The notes under the pieces: generated by a model
The model's input: the letters and a program-made list of their open reading frames with translations, nothing else
Told to the model about the DNA's origin: nothing
Database searches by the model: none
Made by a program: the position numbers and the translations under genes
In this document: positions 42,584 through 57,546 of the stretch, piece by piece
Layout: each line of letters starts with the position of its first letter
Numbering within the stretch: the first letter of the stretch is position 1
NCBI GenBank assembly: GCA_964016885.1
Contig: OZ024740.1
Coordinates: forward strand, 380,680,001-380,744,000
Direction of reading: 5' to 3'
Length of the DNA stretch: 64,000 nucleotides
From: Eledone cirrhosa
Lineage: Eukaryota

Positions 42584-44894
42584 TGTGTATGTGTGTCTAT
42601 TTGTATAGTTGATACGAAACATTGTTATATATTTAATACATGACTGATAACTTTCCAAAGGCTAGTACAAGGCAGGAGAAATATATAAAGGGCAAATAAA
42701 GGGCTATTATCTTATTTTAAAATGTGAAACGAAAACGGTTCAAAACAAAAACGAACGATCGGTGTGTTCTACCCTAACTGGTCTCTGTGTCTGAAATACG
42801 TGTGAAGCCGCTATAGTAGCCAATCTACTTCGGGTGTTTACAATCTATTATTCCAATCTATATATGTAATTACTCAGCATTCAGTCTTTGCGATATGGTC
42901 TCCAGTTCTTGGTTGCAATTTTCTCACTTTATTTAAGACGCTAGTGATCTTGAGAATGAATAGGAACGTTTACGTTTTCTCTTAAGACTCGCTAGATGTC
43001 AGTAGTGTTACTGCTCACTGACCATTAAAAGTTAAGGAAATTAGTTTATTATCTTGAAATTGTGTACTCTGTAACGTCTTATATGTTTTCACTGTCAAAC
43101 ATATATGATTCTGGAAATATGCAGATGTTGTCAAACGAATAAACTGTTAATTAACCGGTTTTTGTTTTGCTTTTCATTTTACAGTGTTTATGTTATTTGA
43201 CACGAAGAAAGGAAAAGTAAATTTTAGTTTTGCAGAATTTGCACAGAATTTGCAGAGTTTGCATAGAATTTGCTGAAGAAGACATTACAGATGAGCTAAA
43301 CCCTTTGCAATTTTTCTAACCTCAACATCTTTTAATCACAAATTAATGCGATATGAAATAGTTGGAACTGGACATGAATAAATGTATTAAAATCACATTT
43401 GAACCTTAGTAACTTTCATATGTAATCCTACCTCCTGTAAGCGTTCGTTTATACGTGTGTGTCTGAGGGGTCTGTCTCTATGATTGATCTAACAAAAATC
43501 AAGTAGTTACCGGTATTTATTTGGGAAGATAGATTACACATAAGCACAAAAGAATTGTTTTGAGAAATATTTGTCGGTAACCGAAGGAGTGAATAAATAT
43601 AATATATCGTTTCCATTTACTCCCGAAATGTTCAGTCAAGCCTAAAGATAGATTAAACTCTTAAAAAAGGCAAACATATCTATATAGTCGCACAAATAAG
43701 CACACTCATATAAGGTGTTTATATAGTGTGTGCATCTTTTTTCTACACGTGTCGATATATACACACTTGCTAGCACATACACTCACACACATTATATATA
43801 TGTATGTATATATATATATATACATAGAGAGAGAGAGAGAGGAGGGGGGTAAATTTATACATACACACACAGCCACATACATACATAAATGTGCGTTTGA
43901 GTTTATCTGTGCATGTGTGTGCGTGTTTCTTTCTTTCTATTAAATATGTTTAGTCGAGATCCTACGTAGTTAAGATTCTATATTGTAATTCAAGTCATAA
44001 TAAAACATTAAAGTCAAAGAGAGTGTTTGTTTGTGTCTGTGAATATGGGGGTGAATGTGTGCGTACGTGAGAATGTGTGTGTTTTATAAGTTCCTTCTTC
44101 GTTGAGATGAAATCTATTTGTAAAATGCTTTATGTGTTTTACTATCTATATCTTTAGCATTGCGTTTATTGTTTATGTATTTGTCTCTGTAATATTTATT
44201 GTAACCTCGTTTAATAGATGAAAATTCTATAACTAAGGATGGGTAATGTTTCTCTTAGATATTGTTCAATAGACCAATCCATAGACCAATCAAGCTGTTA
44301 AATTAGATGTTAAACATTTTGCAATGGTTTGCTTATTTTAGCTCTAGTGCACATGCACTGAGTTTTGATGTGAAATTTCGAACCCTATAAAGATCTGTTT
44401 TCATATACTTGAAGACTTAAGTTTTAAATACTTTTAGTTGAACGTACAGTTGACAATTAACCAATGCTTCTGTGGAACATTTAGAGTCGATTTTTTTCGA
44501 AAAAGAACTTATTTTATCAAACCTGAAGAGCTGCAAATCTGACGCTGTTGCAGTTTAAACCTAGGAAAAGGAGGCAAGGAAAATAAATATTAATATACCT
44601 CTAGTACCACACAAGCACAAGCGTTTCTGTCAGTTCTCTGCAACCCAAATCATTGTAATATTAATTTATTCTGCGCTGTTTGCATGACAAAATCCGTAGA
44701 AATAATATTTTTCGATATTTATTTATGTCTCTGTATGATCTAACCTTTCATAATTTTGGGAGGTACTAGTCAAATAAATATTAGGTCGATAAAATATACA
44801 TAAGCCAAATACAAATTTCGATTAAATCGATTGTGTCCTAATCTTGTAACCTATTGTGACTTTGTGTCTAAGTAAGAAATCGTTATCAATGTTA

Positions 44895-45045
44895 TTGGCT
44901 CAATCATTAGTACGTCGAAAGGTTGTGAGTTTGATTCTCGAACCGAGTGATGTGTTGTGTCCTTGAGCAAGACACTTTATTTCAGGCTGCTCCAGTTTCC
45001 TCAGCTTTAGAAATGAGTTTCCAAATCAATGGGTGGCAGTAATTC
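44895..45045 (+). mobile_element. SINE family B (tRNA head + GTGTCCTTGAGCAAGACACTT segment), decayed
   Basis: gagtttgattctcg B-box-like; ttgtgtccttgagcaagacactttatttca..gctccagt. Confidence 0.6.
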
Positions 45046-46757
45046 CAGCTGCAAGCATCGAAAGACTGGTGTAGTGGTTCTGAAAACAATGCAGCTTTGC
45101 AGATGATCAATGCACATTGACAATGGAAAGGTGCTCCCGCTCGAGTTAGAAGAGAACTATTGACATTCAGGAGAAGCAATGACCCCTGATTGTATTCAGC
45201 AACCGAAACAAATATGAAGTACACCAAATCCAATACTTCTATGGGCGGCCCTGGTTCTTCTTATTTGCGAGTGTAAACTCAGCCAGATTAGATTAGATAG
45301 ATTAGTACGTCGAACTACAAATGTTTTTGTAGTATTTGATCTGGTTCTTTGTGTTCCGAGTTCCAATCTCACGAGATCAGCTTTACTTTTCAACTTTCCG
45401 ATATAGATATGTAGTATCAATAACGTACAAAATCTTTCCTCAAATCCTGATCCTAGGCATATGTTAGAAATTATAAACATTATTATTGTTGACATCACAC
45501 GTGTCATTCATGCTAGTCTTCTGCTGATGTGCTTTCTTCCCAACTTTGTTTACTTTAAACGACTTCAGTTGTCAAAAATATTTATTGTTTCTTGAAGGTG
45601 ATCAATGACCTGCCTAAAACAATGCACTTTTTCCATGACCGTGAAATACGTTTTTATGCTGACACTTTTTTCTCAAATTCATATAAGTATGAAATGTCAA
45701 AAAGAAAGGTTTTCCAATAAGAGGAAAGACAACCTTGGACAATTTGGAGGAAAATTCCACACAAACCTTCAGATTATTTTGTCGAATAAAAGTGGCCCCA
45801 TCCAACCAGTTTCTTTCATTATCTTTAGAAAAGAGTAATCAATATAGGTAGTTCCATCCAGTCTCATCAATTTTGGCACTCTCATTCACCTTTAGGTAAG
45901 CATATTAGAAGGCAACAACACCCTTCCTGTATATTCTCACTTTCCTCTTCATGTAGTACTTGAAGATGTTGGGAGTTTTGCCAGACGGTAGGATCCTTGT
46001 CTTCAAATATTTTATAGCTGGAGTTATCAAACTGAAGAAAATGAGCTATCCTTCCACACTAATGTTGGGTGGTGAATTGACTTTCTCTATTGACTCAGCT
46101 GATAGCCTGGTGAGTCTTATATGTGAGAGCAGTGGTCTGATATTTACAAAAGGCATGAGAAATTATGATATAATATTATTTCCAGAGACATTAATATTAT
46201 TGATGTTGTTTCATGGTCCCGCTAGACAATATTGCGAAGAATGGCGACGTTATATGATATTTTGTCCCAAAATATACTTGTTTCTCTTGGTGATTGTACA
46301 TTTAGGTAATCTCATTGAAAAGACCAATAGATGAATCCGAGAAATAAAATACAGACGTGGTATTCAATCCCACGCCCACGTTTGTGGACAAAAATTCTCA
46401 CTGCTCTAGTTAAGGAACTATACAGCTGGGCAATCCGGACATTTGATGCATTGTGAATGATTTTAAACGAATGACTAATGAATAATAATTCACTTTGATT
46501 TTCAGAAGAAAGAATAGTGGGCACAACAGATAATCTGTCTGTCGTCTCTCTTACCATTTATATTAACATTTATCCACTAACAGGTTCATTTCACAGTCCT
46601 CTTTCTAAAGAGAGTTAAGTAAAACCTTCGCCTCCGCATTCACAAACAAGCAATACCAGTGTAGAGTGGCAGGTTCAAATTCCTCTTAGACCATCCAAAT
46701 TCAGAAAGAGAACAACAATAGAAACAAAAGCAACAATAACGACGACGATAACAACAA

Positions 46758-46794
<37 letters not shown>

Positions 46795-47350
46795 GATAAG
46801 AAAAAAACAACAGCATTCACATTCTATAGAGAGATATGTATATCGATTATTTGGGAACGACTTTGTAGTCACTTTTGGATGATTATCTGGTTGGAGATTA
46901 TGGAAAATTTCCAAACTTCCTTGGAATTGCATCAACAATTTTAGACAAGATCTACACGAACGGTAGTGCCTACATCCGATCCTCTCCGAGATCCGCGCAG
47001 AACAAGGAATCCAGCTAGCAGGCTATCGTATAGTACTCGTGCAATTCCGAATCATGGGTTTGTGTTGAACAGCGGCTAACATTTACCGAACGGGTCGGAA
47101 TAACAGCCGAGTCTATTGTGAAAATCGATCCACTCCCATTGCAAAACGTTTTTGTGAGCATTTTTTGTTATGGCTATTGTCTATTTTTTGTTTCGCTTTT
47201 TTTTTTGTGGCGTTGGTGATACGGAGTATTTCTTTTCGTTGATTTTGCCCTTCATTTACTCGATTTAACCACATTTTGCATTGTATTTCGTTATAGATTT
47301 GATCCCAAATGTCTTGAGCCCTTATAGCTAGTAAGAAAACATTATTATTA

Positions 47351-47677
47351 TCGGTAGAGAGTCGGACGCCATGATTCACAGCATAGAGTAACGGCTCTTT
47401 ATGATCTGAGTTCAAAATCCTGCCGAGGTTAACTTTGCCTTTCATCCTTACGGGGTCGATCAATTAAAGTACCAGTCATGAACTGGGTCGATTTAATCGA
47501 ATTCCCACCTCCCAAATTGCTGCTCTTGTGCCTATATAAGAAACCATTATTATCACTACCTGAGTTCAAATCCCGCCAAGGGTAACTTTGCCTTTCATCC
47601 TTACGGGGTCGATAAAATAAAGTACCAGTAATGTACTGAGTAATTGCTGGCTTTGTGCCAAAAGTAGAAACAATTAT

Positions 47678-47678
<1 letters not shown>
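47351..47678 (+). mobile_element. Two tandem SINE family A copies followed by (TAC)n (47679-47746)
   Basis: Consensus match, long variant then short variant. Confidence 0.85.
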
Positions 47679-47746
<68 letters not shown>

Positions 47747-48085
47747 GGGAGAGGGACTAGCAGAATCGATCTAGCTTCTGAGTTGAAATCCAACATAGGG
47801 GAACTTTGTTATTCATCGTCCCGGGGCGAATTAAATATAGCACCAGTAATGTACGGGATCCAATTGAATCCACAGAACCTTTCTCCAAAATTGTATAGCC
47901 CTTTTTTTCCTGTGTTCAATATAACTTTGCACCCATATTCCGACTATCAGTGAGAAGTCGTGTGGTGTTGATTTAATTTTAGTTATCTTGATTGAGAGTA
48001 GACTGGCGCTCATTTTTCCTAGTTACGAACATCTTATTTGGTCATGTTGGCAAAATTAGATATATGCATATTACACACGCTTATA

Positions 48086-48140
<55 letters not shown>

Positions 48141-48337
48141 AAAACAAAAGAGGATGCTGGGGGTAAAAACTGCACTGGTAATCTATTAACAAAAATCGAA
48201 GATGTAAACACTGCAACACTTGTCTCAGAAAAAAAACATCAGCGTAACCAAACTATCAAATCCGACCGAGGAAACAATGTTTCCGTTGGTCTTTCCAATT
48301 GCTAATACTCTCTGTCGGTCGCAACACCAGGTAGAAG

Positions 48338-48454
48338 GAACAACGTGAAATAAAGTGTCTCGCTCAAGGACATAATGCATCGCCTGGTCTGAGAATCGAA
48401 CTCTCAACCTCACGATTGCGAATCCAATTCTCTAAGCACTCAGCCACGCGCCTT

Positions 48455-48456
<2 letters not shown>
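48338..48456 (-). mobile_element. SINE family B 5' half
   Basis: aacgtgaaataaagtgtctcgctcaaggacataa..gagaatcgaac..cactcagccacgcgccttc. Confidence 0.65.
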
Positions 48457-48459
<3 letters not shown>

Positions 48460-48496
<37 letters not shown>

Positions 48497-48547
48497 TATA
48501 TATATATGTATATATATATACATATATATATATATGTATATATATGC

Positions 48548-48617
<70 letters not shown>

Positions 48618-48624
48618 TTATATA

Positions 48625-48714
<90 letters not shown>

Positions 48715-48924
48715 AATATTTATATAATATATATATATATAGTATATATATATAAATATTTATATAATATATATATATATAATATATATGTGTATATATA
48801 TATATGTATATACATATATATATATGTATATACATATATATATATATATATATAATATATATATTTTATATATATATATAATATATATCTCGTATATAAA
48901 TATATATATAATATATATAATATA

Positions 48925-48991
<67 letters not shown>

Positions 48992-49064
48992 GTATATATA
49001 TATATATATATATGTATGTATATATATGTATATATATATATGTATATATGTATATATATATATG

Positions 49065-49096
<32 letters not shown>

Positions 49097-49135
49097 TATA
49101 TAAATATGTATATATATATATATATATATATAAAT
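48460..49135. repeat. Long imperfect (TA)n tract
   Basis: Direct reading; source of the poly-YI ORFs. Confidence 0.95.
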
Positions 49136-50320
49136 ATGAAAGACGTAAAATAAGAAAATTTTAAAAAATTAAAAATTAACTTACTAAAATTTTCACTCCA
49201 ACTAATTAGTTTCTGTAATGGGATAAAGATAGTTACGTAATGTAACCATCGAGAATTCATTACGTCATCAGGGAGTCTATTCTCAGCTAAGTCTCCAGGC
49301 AATGCGCGGACACTAGGGACTCATATAAAAATAATAATTCGGTGGATGGAACAGCTAGCGGGGACTGAATTTCATGCACTGAAAAAGTTCACTGTCTCTG
49401 GTCAAATGGCAGATTCTAAAGAATCAATCACGTGACACTGAGGCTAGTCGGAAGGAGTGGGTTGGTAAGATGACAAAAACCTACTACCACACCAATGAAT
49501 AGTAGTGGATTTGGCAGGTTTGCTCAACAAATAAATAATTTGGAGATAAATATAGAGAATTAGTATATCTACCAACATATGCGTACAGATATACTAATTC
49601 TCTATATTTTAGTAAGTAAGTTAATTTTTAATTTTTTTTAATTTTCTTATTTTACGTCTTTCATATAATTGTTCTGCATCCTCCTGCATTGAACCACCTA
49701 GGTACTATGACATAACTTATGTATTTGCTAGCATTAGTGTACATCTGTTCGCATATGTTGGTAGATATACTAATTCACTATATTTATCTCCAAATTATAT
49801 ATTTGTTGAGCAAACCTGCCAAACCCACTACTAATTCATTGGTGTGGTAGTAGGCTTTTGTCATTTTAATACCCCACTCCTTCCGACTAGCCTCAGTGTC
49901 ACGTGATTGATTCTTTAGAATCTGCCATTTGACCAGAGACAGTGAACTTTTTCAGTGCATGGAATTCAGTCCCCGCTAGCTGTTCCATCCACCGAGTTAT
50001 TATTTTTATATGAGTCCCTAGTGTCCGCGCATTGCCTGGAGACTTAGCTGAGAATAGACTCCCTGATGACGTAATGAATTCTCGATGGTTACATTACGTA
50101 ACTATCTTTATCCCATTACAGAAACTAATTAGTTGGAGTGAAAATTTTAGTAAGTAAGTTAATTTTTAATTTTTTAAAATTTTCTTATTTTACGTCTTTC
50201 ATATAATTGTTCTGCATCCTCCTGCATTGAACCACCTAGGTACTATGACATAACTTATGTATTTGCTAGCATTAGTGTACATCTGTACGCATATGTTGGT
50301 AGATATACTAATTCTCTATA
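49133..50320 (+). mobile_element. HHR-bearing element K' (relative of K): inverted arm plus ~538 nt tandem unit
   Basis: 49133-49590 inverted; ttttagtaagtaagttaattttt at 49607 and 50145; HHRs at 49195-49276 (-) and 50058-50139 (+). Confidence 0.85.
50058..50139 (+). ncRNA. Type I HHR, canonical core, extended stem II (family K')
   Basis: actcc-CTGATGA-cgtaatg-(insert)-cattaca-GAAA-ctaattag-TT-ggagt. Confidence 0.8.
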
Positions 50321-50402
50321 TATATATAAATATGTATATATATATATATATATAAATATGTATATATATGTGTATAGATATAAAAATATGTATATATATA
50401 TA

Positions 50403-51420
50403 TAAATGGAAAAGAATGAAACGAAATTTCATTTCTCACTCTTAGAACGACACTTACTTAAATGTAAGTATGTATGTATGTATACGTACATACATATATG
50501 TATACAGACGTACAGTAGTATGTATATATATATACATACATGCACACATATATATATGCACGTATCGGTTTACCGAACATTTATTATAATGCTCGATTTG
50601 TTTGTTTGTAAACAAACAAACAGCCCGAATTACGCCGTACAGTGTTTAGGCAACCACGTCACCTTTTTGTTCAACACTGACACAGGAACGATGTACTAGT
50701 TTCAAGCTTATTAGCTATCGTTAGATTCGTAATAAGCTTGAAACTAGTACATCGTTCCTGTGTCAGTGTTGAACAAAAAGGTGACATGGTTGCCTAAACA
50801 CTACGGCGTAATTCGGCCACTTTGTTTACAAACAAACAAACCGAGCATTATAATAAATGGTCGGTAAACCTATACGTGCATATATATATGTGTGCATGTA
50901 TGTATATATATACATACTACTGTACGTCTGTATACATATATGTATGTACGTATACATACATACATACATACATACATACTTACACTTAAGTAAGTGCCGT
51001 ACTAAGAGTGAGAAATGAAATTTCGTTTCATTCTATTCCATTTATCGTTTTCGGTGCGCCCGGACGACTGAACTCACTTGATATCCAAATAAGGCTGCTC
51101 AGCCGTTAATATGCATAAGGAAAGTATATACTTTCAGACGTTCAACCATCTGGCAGGAAGGTATACGATGCTGACGATAGCTAATAAGCTTGAAACTAGT
51201 ACATCGTCCCTGTGTCAGTGTTGAACAAAAAGGTGACGTGCTTGCCTAAACACTACGGCGTAATTCGGGCTGTTTGTTTGTTTACAAACAAACAAACCGA
51301 GCATTATAATAAATGTTACGTAAACCGATACGTGCATATATATATGTGTGCATGTATGTATATATATATATACATACTACTGTACGTCTGTATACATATA
51401 TGTATGTACGTATACATACA
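50403..51420 (+). mobile_element. HHR-bearing element L: inverted arm plus ~452 nt tandem unit
   Basis: 50403-50712 inverted to 50730-51043; taataagcttgaaactagtacatcg at 50730 and 51182. Confidence 0.85.
51165..51207 (+). ncRNA. Minimal type I hammerhead ribozyme, canonical core
   Basis: acgatg-CTGACGA-tagct-aata-agctt-GAAA-ctag-TA-catcgt; palindromic stem III ACTAGT. Confidence 0.85.
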
Positions 51421-51435
51421 TACATACACACACAA

Positions 51436-51514
<79 letters not shown>

Positions 51515-51686
51515 TATATATAATATATATAATATATATATATAAATATATATATAATATATATATATAATATATATATATATAATATATATGTATATAT
51601 ATATAATATATATAATATATATATATTATACATATAATATATATGTATATATATATATAAATATATATATAATATATATATATATA

Positions 51687-51861
51687 ATTGTTTCTACATT
51701 AGTCACAAGGCCAACAATTTCCCAGTACTTTATTTTATCGACCTCGTAAGGATGAAAGGCAAAGTCAACCTCGGCGGGATTTGAACTCAGATCGTTAAGG
51801 GACGTAACTATGCTGGAAAGCATGGCGTCCGATCCTCTACCGATACTGCCAATCCACCGCC
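51687..51861 (-). mobile_element. SINE family A inside a (TA)n tract
   Basis: Consensus match ending ..ctgccaatccaccgcc on the + strand. Confidence 0.85.
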
Positions 51862-52079
51862 TTTACATATATATATACATATATATAATATATGTGTATA
51901 TGTATATATATATATAGAGAGAGAGAATAAGGAAAAGCGAAGTATATATATAAATATATATATATATAATATATATCTCGTATATAAATATATATATATA
52001 ATATATATTTATATATATAATATATATCTCGTATATAAATATATATATAATATATATTTATATATATATATATATATAA

Positions 52080-52149
<70 letters not shown>

Positions 52150-52161
52150 AATATATATATA

Positions 52162-52213
<52 letters not shown>

Positions 52214-52953
52214 CTCTCTTTTTCTCTTTATTCATATATAAATCCTAAGTCCGCTAGTCTCCTCCCTACAGCAAAATATATCTTGATGTCTTATCTTCCC
52301 TTAGCTTTTCCCCTCCACACTATCTGTCTTACTTCTTTATGCTCTCTTACTTCACTTAGATGCCCCAATACATTTCGCAGTCGTATTTTCAACATGAATC
52401 AATTAACCTAAAATATTATGACAGTTGTCTATCTATCGTGAACCCACTTCCAACAAATTTACTCTGAAGTCACCGTGGCTGGCAGACAAGTCATTGTCAG
52501 TTTGCCGGCAAGAAATACAAAATACCATATGCAATAAGCAGATAGGTTTTTATTTTTTATACATTACTTATTTGCTTCATTCAAAAAGAATCGACCTAAA
52601 TTCTCTTTCCTGTTGTAATAAAATAATGGCTTTAAATATATTTACCACAAGGAATATCCTCCCATATTCCATACTCATACCATCTGGCCTTCTACAGATT
52701 TAAGATTGTTACTAAACGGAATAAGTTGAAGAAGATTAGTAGAGATTCCAATTTGTCAGACTATAACCTACTTTCTGAAATAATGGGATGATTCACAAAA
52801 TTCACAGAGGAAGTGAATTAGATTGTGAGATGTTCATACTTTCCTCAAAAGTAATACCGATGTAAGCGCTGTACAATGACTTCTCAATTGACGTCCCAGA
52901 ACAGCCGATAGTTTTCTCTTCTCCCTCTCAGCAACCATTGTGTAGATTGTGTA

Positions 52954-53010
<57 letters not shown>

Positions 53011-53954
53011 GTGAGTGACTAATATTGAAAATTAAAAAAGGAAGAGAAAATAAAGCCTGTATTTTTATAATGTATGCAAGAATTTAGTGATTTGGTTGAG
53101 AGAAGAAACTAGATGTTGAGGCGTCTATACTTTGCTGAAGACTAGATAGCTGTGTAAAATGATTATCGTTTTGATTGTTACTCACCCACAAGACAACTAA
53201 CTCTCTAGATTCAGAAAGATCACGCGCACGTCGACGTGTAGTCCTTTCTGAAACAATAATATTTCCTCATTCGCTCGAGGATGTTTGCAAATAACTACTT
53301 TTTTGTAACCTTAATGTTGCTGATGACTACCACATCCGAACCAATGACCCAGAAATTATTTAACCGGGTTATATCCTTCCAGAACATCCAGTAAAACAAT
53401 GGTTGGTATGATGAAGAAGAAAGAACGGATATTTATCTTGAGTTCGGTTTCTTACAAATTCGTAAGTTTTCTTCCCAATAATAGTATCTAATCTGAGCAA
53501 AGAAGTTCCCACATCCCTAGAAAAAAAAAGGTGAATTCTGAGTATCTGGCTTTTTAGAAGGGAACGTTTAAACTCTTCGAATTCAATGACTGTTTGTTTA
53601 CTTGCTTTTTTTTTCTCTTTTACCAGCATCAAGTTACTCCGTACAACTCTTAAGTTCTTGATGCAAGGATGAAATGTTATTTTGTTGGTCATTTTTATGT
53701 TTTGGGGGGGTTATATGCCACGAGGAGCTAGCGAAGTTTTGTTTTTGATGGTACATTTTTTTCCCAATGAAATAATCACAGACAAATTTAAATTACTTTT
53801 GAGAAAACAAATACAATATTTCAATACACGTGCTTCCGTAGTAATGAGTCATGGATATATAAACTAGGCGGAGACAATCCCTCTCTTGGTTTAAATGCAG
53901 CCGATTTCTTTCAGAGAGTGATAAAGTGATATAGTGGAAGAATCGGCGCAATTA

Positions 53955-54555
53955 CTGGACCCACACTTTTTCATCGACCTCGAAATGATGAAAGGTAAAG
54001 TTGACCTTAGCAAGATTTGAACTCAGTGCGGAGAGAGGCGACGTTTTATCCGACGTTTTAATGAATCCCAATTTTCCGTAGTAAATCCAACGAAAATTAT
54101 CAAGATAGTAACAATTTCTTACATAGAATAACTGCAAGAAATGTTGAAGGTGATTATATTGACCTCAATGAATGAGTGGTACGTTATTTTATTGCTCCAG
54201 AAATTATGCAACGTAAAATTTACCTGGGTGGGATTTGAACTCAGAACTAAATACGGCAAGATATTTTATACAACACTTTAATGATACTTCCAATCCAAAT
54301 AATTCTTTCTAACATAGTACAAGGCCAATAAGTTTGGCTATGGTAAAACCGATTGAACCATCCCAAGTACATAACTGGTACTTTACTTTATTGACTCCGG
54401 AAACTTGACCCCGGCGAGATTTCAAATTTTCCCGTTCTGAGTTCAAATCCAGCCGATACCAACTTTGTCTTTTATCTTTCCGAAGTCAACAATTTAATCG
54501 ACTTTACCTACATCCGAAATTGTTTGTCTAGACCCTAAATTAAATATTATTATTA
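53955..54555. mobile_element. Cluster of decayed SINE family A fragments, both orientations
   Basis: Repeated gatttgaactcag / ctgagttcaaatcc and ggtactttattt motifs. Confidence 0.55.
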
Positions 54556-55849
54556 ATACCGTTGCTGTAGTTGCATATCTCTACATCACACAGAAAATAG
54601 GCCAAATATTACTAAAGGTTTATGTAGATATAAAATTATGTTGGGTCCAACCAATTCCTTTACAACATTTTTTATGCCACGTCATCCGAGATTAACTGCT
54701 AGGTTTTCAAGTGTTGACCCTTCGGGAGAATTTCATGAGAAGTGGTTCTTCTATAAAACGCTAGCATAAAAGAAAAAACGCCTACAGCTACTATGTATAT
54801 GTGGGCTTTAAAAAATTGTATAAATACACGTTCTCGGTGTTAATTTATGGGCGTATATTAGTTTCAGAATTCAAGTATGTATGTGTGTCTTTTTACACAC
54901 TCGTACACACACAAACATACATACACACACACATATATGTGTTTATATATGTTTATAAATGCATGCACGCACGCACACACACACACATATATATATACAT
55001 GTATATATGTTTATAAATGCAAGCACGCACACATGCGCATACACACACACCCACACACACACATATATATATATGTCAATCTGTATACATTTACAAAATA
55101 TACAAAATATTACAATTCGATTGTCATCTGTAACATACTCCTCAACAGGGGTCGAGCTCCCATATCCTATAAGGTTACAGTAAGATATGTTTTAGATTTA
55201 TCATTAGGATTAAAAATACAAATGTTTATTTGCTTGCTGCAGATTCCTCTAGAATTTACCCTTCCTTTCTTGGGTCCTCAATTCCTGATGGAGTCTTTGT
55301 GGCGCCAAGATGTCAGAAATTTTAAAACTTGGCGGAACACAGTCTCTATAAGTCTCACCATAATCATTTTCCCTCAGAGAGAAAATAAGAGAAATACAGA
55401 GATAGAAAATAAAATACACCTAGTAATAGACTGGTACATTATTTATCGACACCGAAAGGATGCAAAATTAATTTAAGCGGAAATTGAGCAGGGAGATATA
55501 AGTATATTTGCAAGAACAACTAGCACTGATTTCCCAAAAATTTGGAAGTTAAAATCACACAAAAGAAGACAGTAATAAAAATTGTCATTTATTCGCCTTC
55601 TTTCTAAACAATTACCTTGATGTATTCTACTCTAAAATACAGTAGAGGGGCCAATAATATAGCTCACAGTGCTCGCGTCCCAAGAACTCCCCACAAATAT
55701 ATATTTATATATATTGTATATATTTATTGAAATCCCATATAATTACAAGGAATCCGAAAAATCACAAACGACTTACACTACGGAATCAAGGACAAAAAAT
55801 TATATTTTTCTAGTCAAATATAGAGTTTTCTGAAACTCATAGATGATAT

Positions 55850-56410
55850 AAAAGTTTATGCTGCGAAGGGTTCCCATCTTGATAATATCCTTAGAAACTG
55901 CCAGGCAGGTTTTGCGAAATATTAAAATATCCCACATCCCGTACCATATTATGTCTGGTGGTCGGCAAATATGCAAGCAATAGTTATGACATATCTGTTT
56001 TTATGCGCGCCTATACGGATGTATGTTTCTTGTTATCGTTCATCAACATATTTTTCTTACTGAGAGCCTCGTTATCAAATCATTATAACAAATGCTTTCT
56101 CATCATCGCCCGAACCTCGGCTGCTAGTCTCGGCTTTTCACAGTACTCCGCATCAGTCACCGAGACTTGCGGCAGGCCGTCGAAGTAGAAACTGATATCC
56201 GATACCGTTTCCGATTCCCCGCTCTCCCAGAAAAGTCGTGAAAAGTGCTGGCATGAAGCCGCACACATCTGCTTGGAATCGAACAGCACACACTCCTGTA
56301 GATTTACCCTGTACATTTACACGCCAGGAACAACGCGTTAAGCCTCCAGTAGCCAGGTCCCTGTCTACGTGTTTTATTGCGTTGAATGAAGTCTGGGACC
56401 TTATGGATGA
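55850..56410 (-). pseudogene. Decayed L1/Tx1 ORF2 fragment (end of endonuclease and linker)
   Basis: GPGYWRLNALFL and QHFSRLF..DGLPQVSVTDAEYCEKPRLAAEVRAMM in minus-strand ORFs. Confidence 0.6.
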
Positions 56411-56874
56411 AACAATACCTATAATAATAAGAGCTCTGGGAATGATAAAAAAAAACAAAATCACACACACAGACAAATACATAACCCAAACCCCAGGACT
56501 TACAAATACATATAGCATTAAAAAATAGCACCACTAGCCACTGCATACATATTACGAAAAAGTACTATCAATACAATAGAAACAACACCAGCAAAAACTA
56601 CACCGCTCATACCCAAGGCGCACAGAGCTGTGCTCAGTAAAGCAGCATAATGCGCAATAAAATAATAGTAATAATAATAATTAATAATAATAATTAATAG
56701 GATAAAATGATGTCTATGATGATGATGATAGAGAAGATTTAATAACAATATAATTTGATGTAAAACAACGCTTTACAGGAAGCCGAGAAGTTTAATAAAT
56801 CTATTGAGAGGATTTAGGTGTGGTGAGAATATATTGTCAGTGTAGTAGATTCACTCTTGTTCTCACGGTCATAT

Positions 56875-56876
<2 letters not shown>

Positions 56877-56966
<90 letters not shown>
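56877..56966. repeat. (CA)n microsatellite
   Basis: Direct reading. Confidence 0.95.
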
Positions 56967-56972
<6 letters not shown>

Positions 56973-57412
56973 TGGACGATTTTGTTGAAAGAAAAGACAT
57001 ATATAAAAATCAAAGGATCACAATTTCGACCTAGTTTACTCTCGTGAATCTTTGTTTCTTAAAACCCTCGGTAAATACAAGTGGCATGTTTCAAGTATAT
57101 TAGAACTTCTCGGCAAATACTGCTCTTCGCAGTTGACAAGATTAAAAGTGATCTCTATTTAGAAAAATAAAGAGCATATAGTGAGACTTATTATGTATAT
57201 CAACAGTAGATTAATATTTAGATTTCTAATACCCTCTGCCCCTCCTAAGAGGGTTTTTTGTTAGCTAAGTCCTTGGATAATCTCAGGTTTTCGAATTCTT
57301 GTTTTTAACATAATCACATACCGTAATTAGTATACTTTGTTTGCAGAACGCTCCATCAGTCGCATTGACATATTTTAAAAATAACTTACGTTTTTAAAAT
57401 TACTATTATAAT

Positions 57413-57546
57413 AATTGTTTCTGCATTTGGCACAAGGCCAGCAATTATCTCAGTGTATTACTGGTGCTTTCTTTTGTCGACCACGTAAGGATGAAAGGCA
57501 AAGTTAACCTCTGCGGGATTTGAACTCAGATCATAAAGGGCCGTAT
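57413..57546 (-). mobile_element. SINE family A, 5'-truncated
   Basis: ggcacaaggccagcaatta..ggatgaaaggcaaagttaacct..atttgaactcagatcataaagggccgta. Confidence 0.8.

Noticed and set aside
48416-49302. Many ORFs rich in YI/CV/HT repeats here and across the window
   Set aside because: Translations of (TA)n, (TG)n and (CA)n microsatellites, not genes
53130-53350. CTGAAGA and CTGATGA heptamers
   Set aside because: No correctly placed GAAA-stem III-UH-stem I; likely chance
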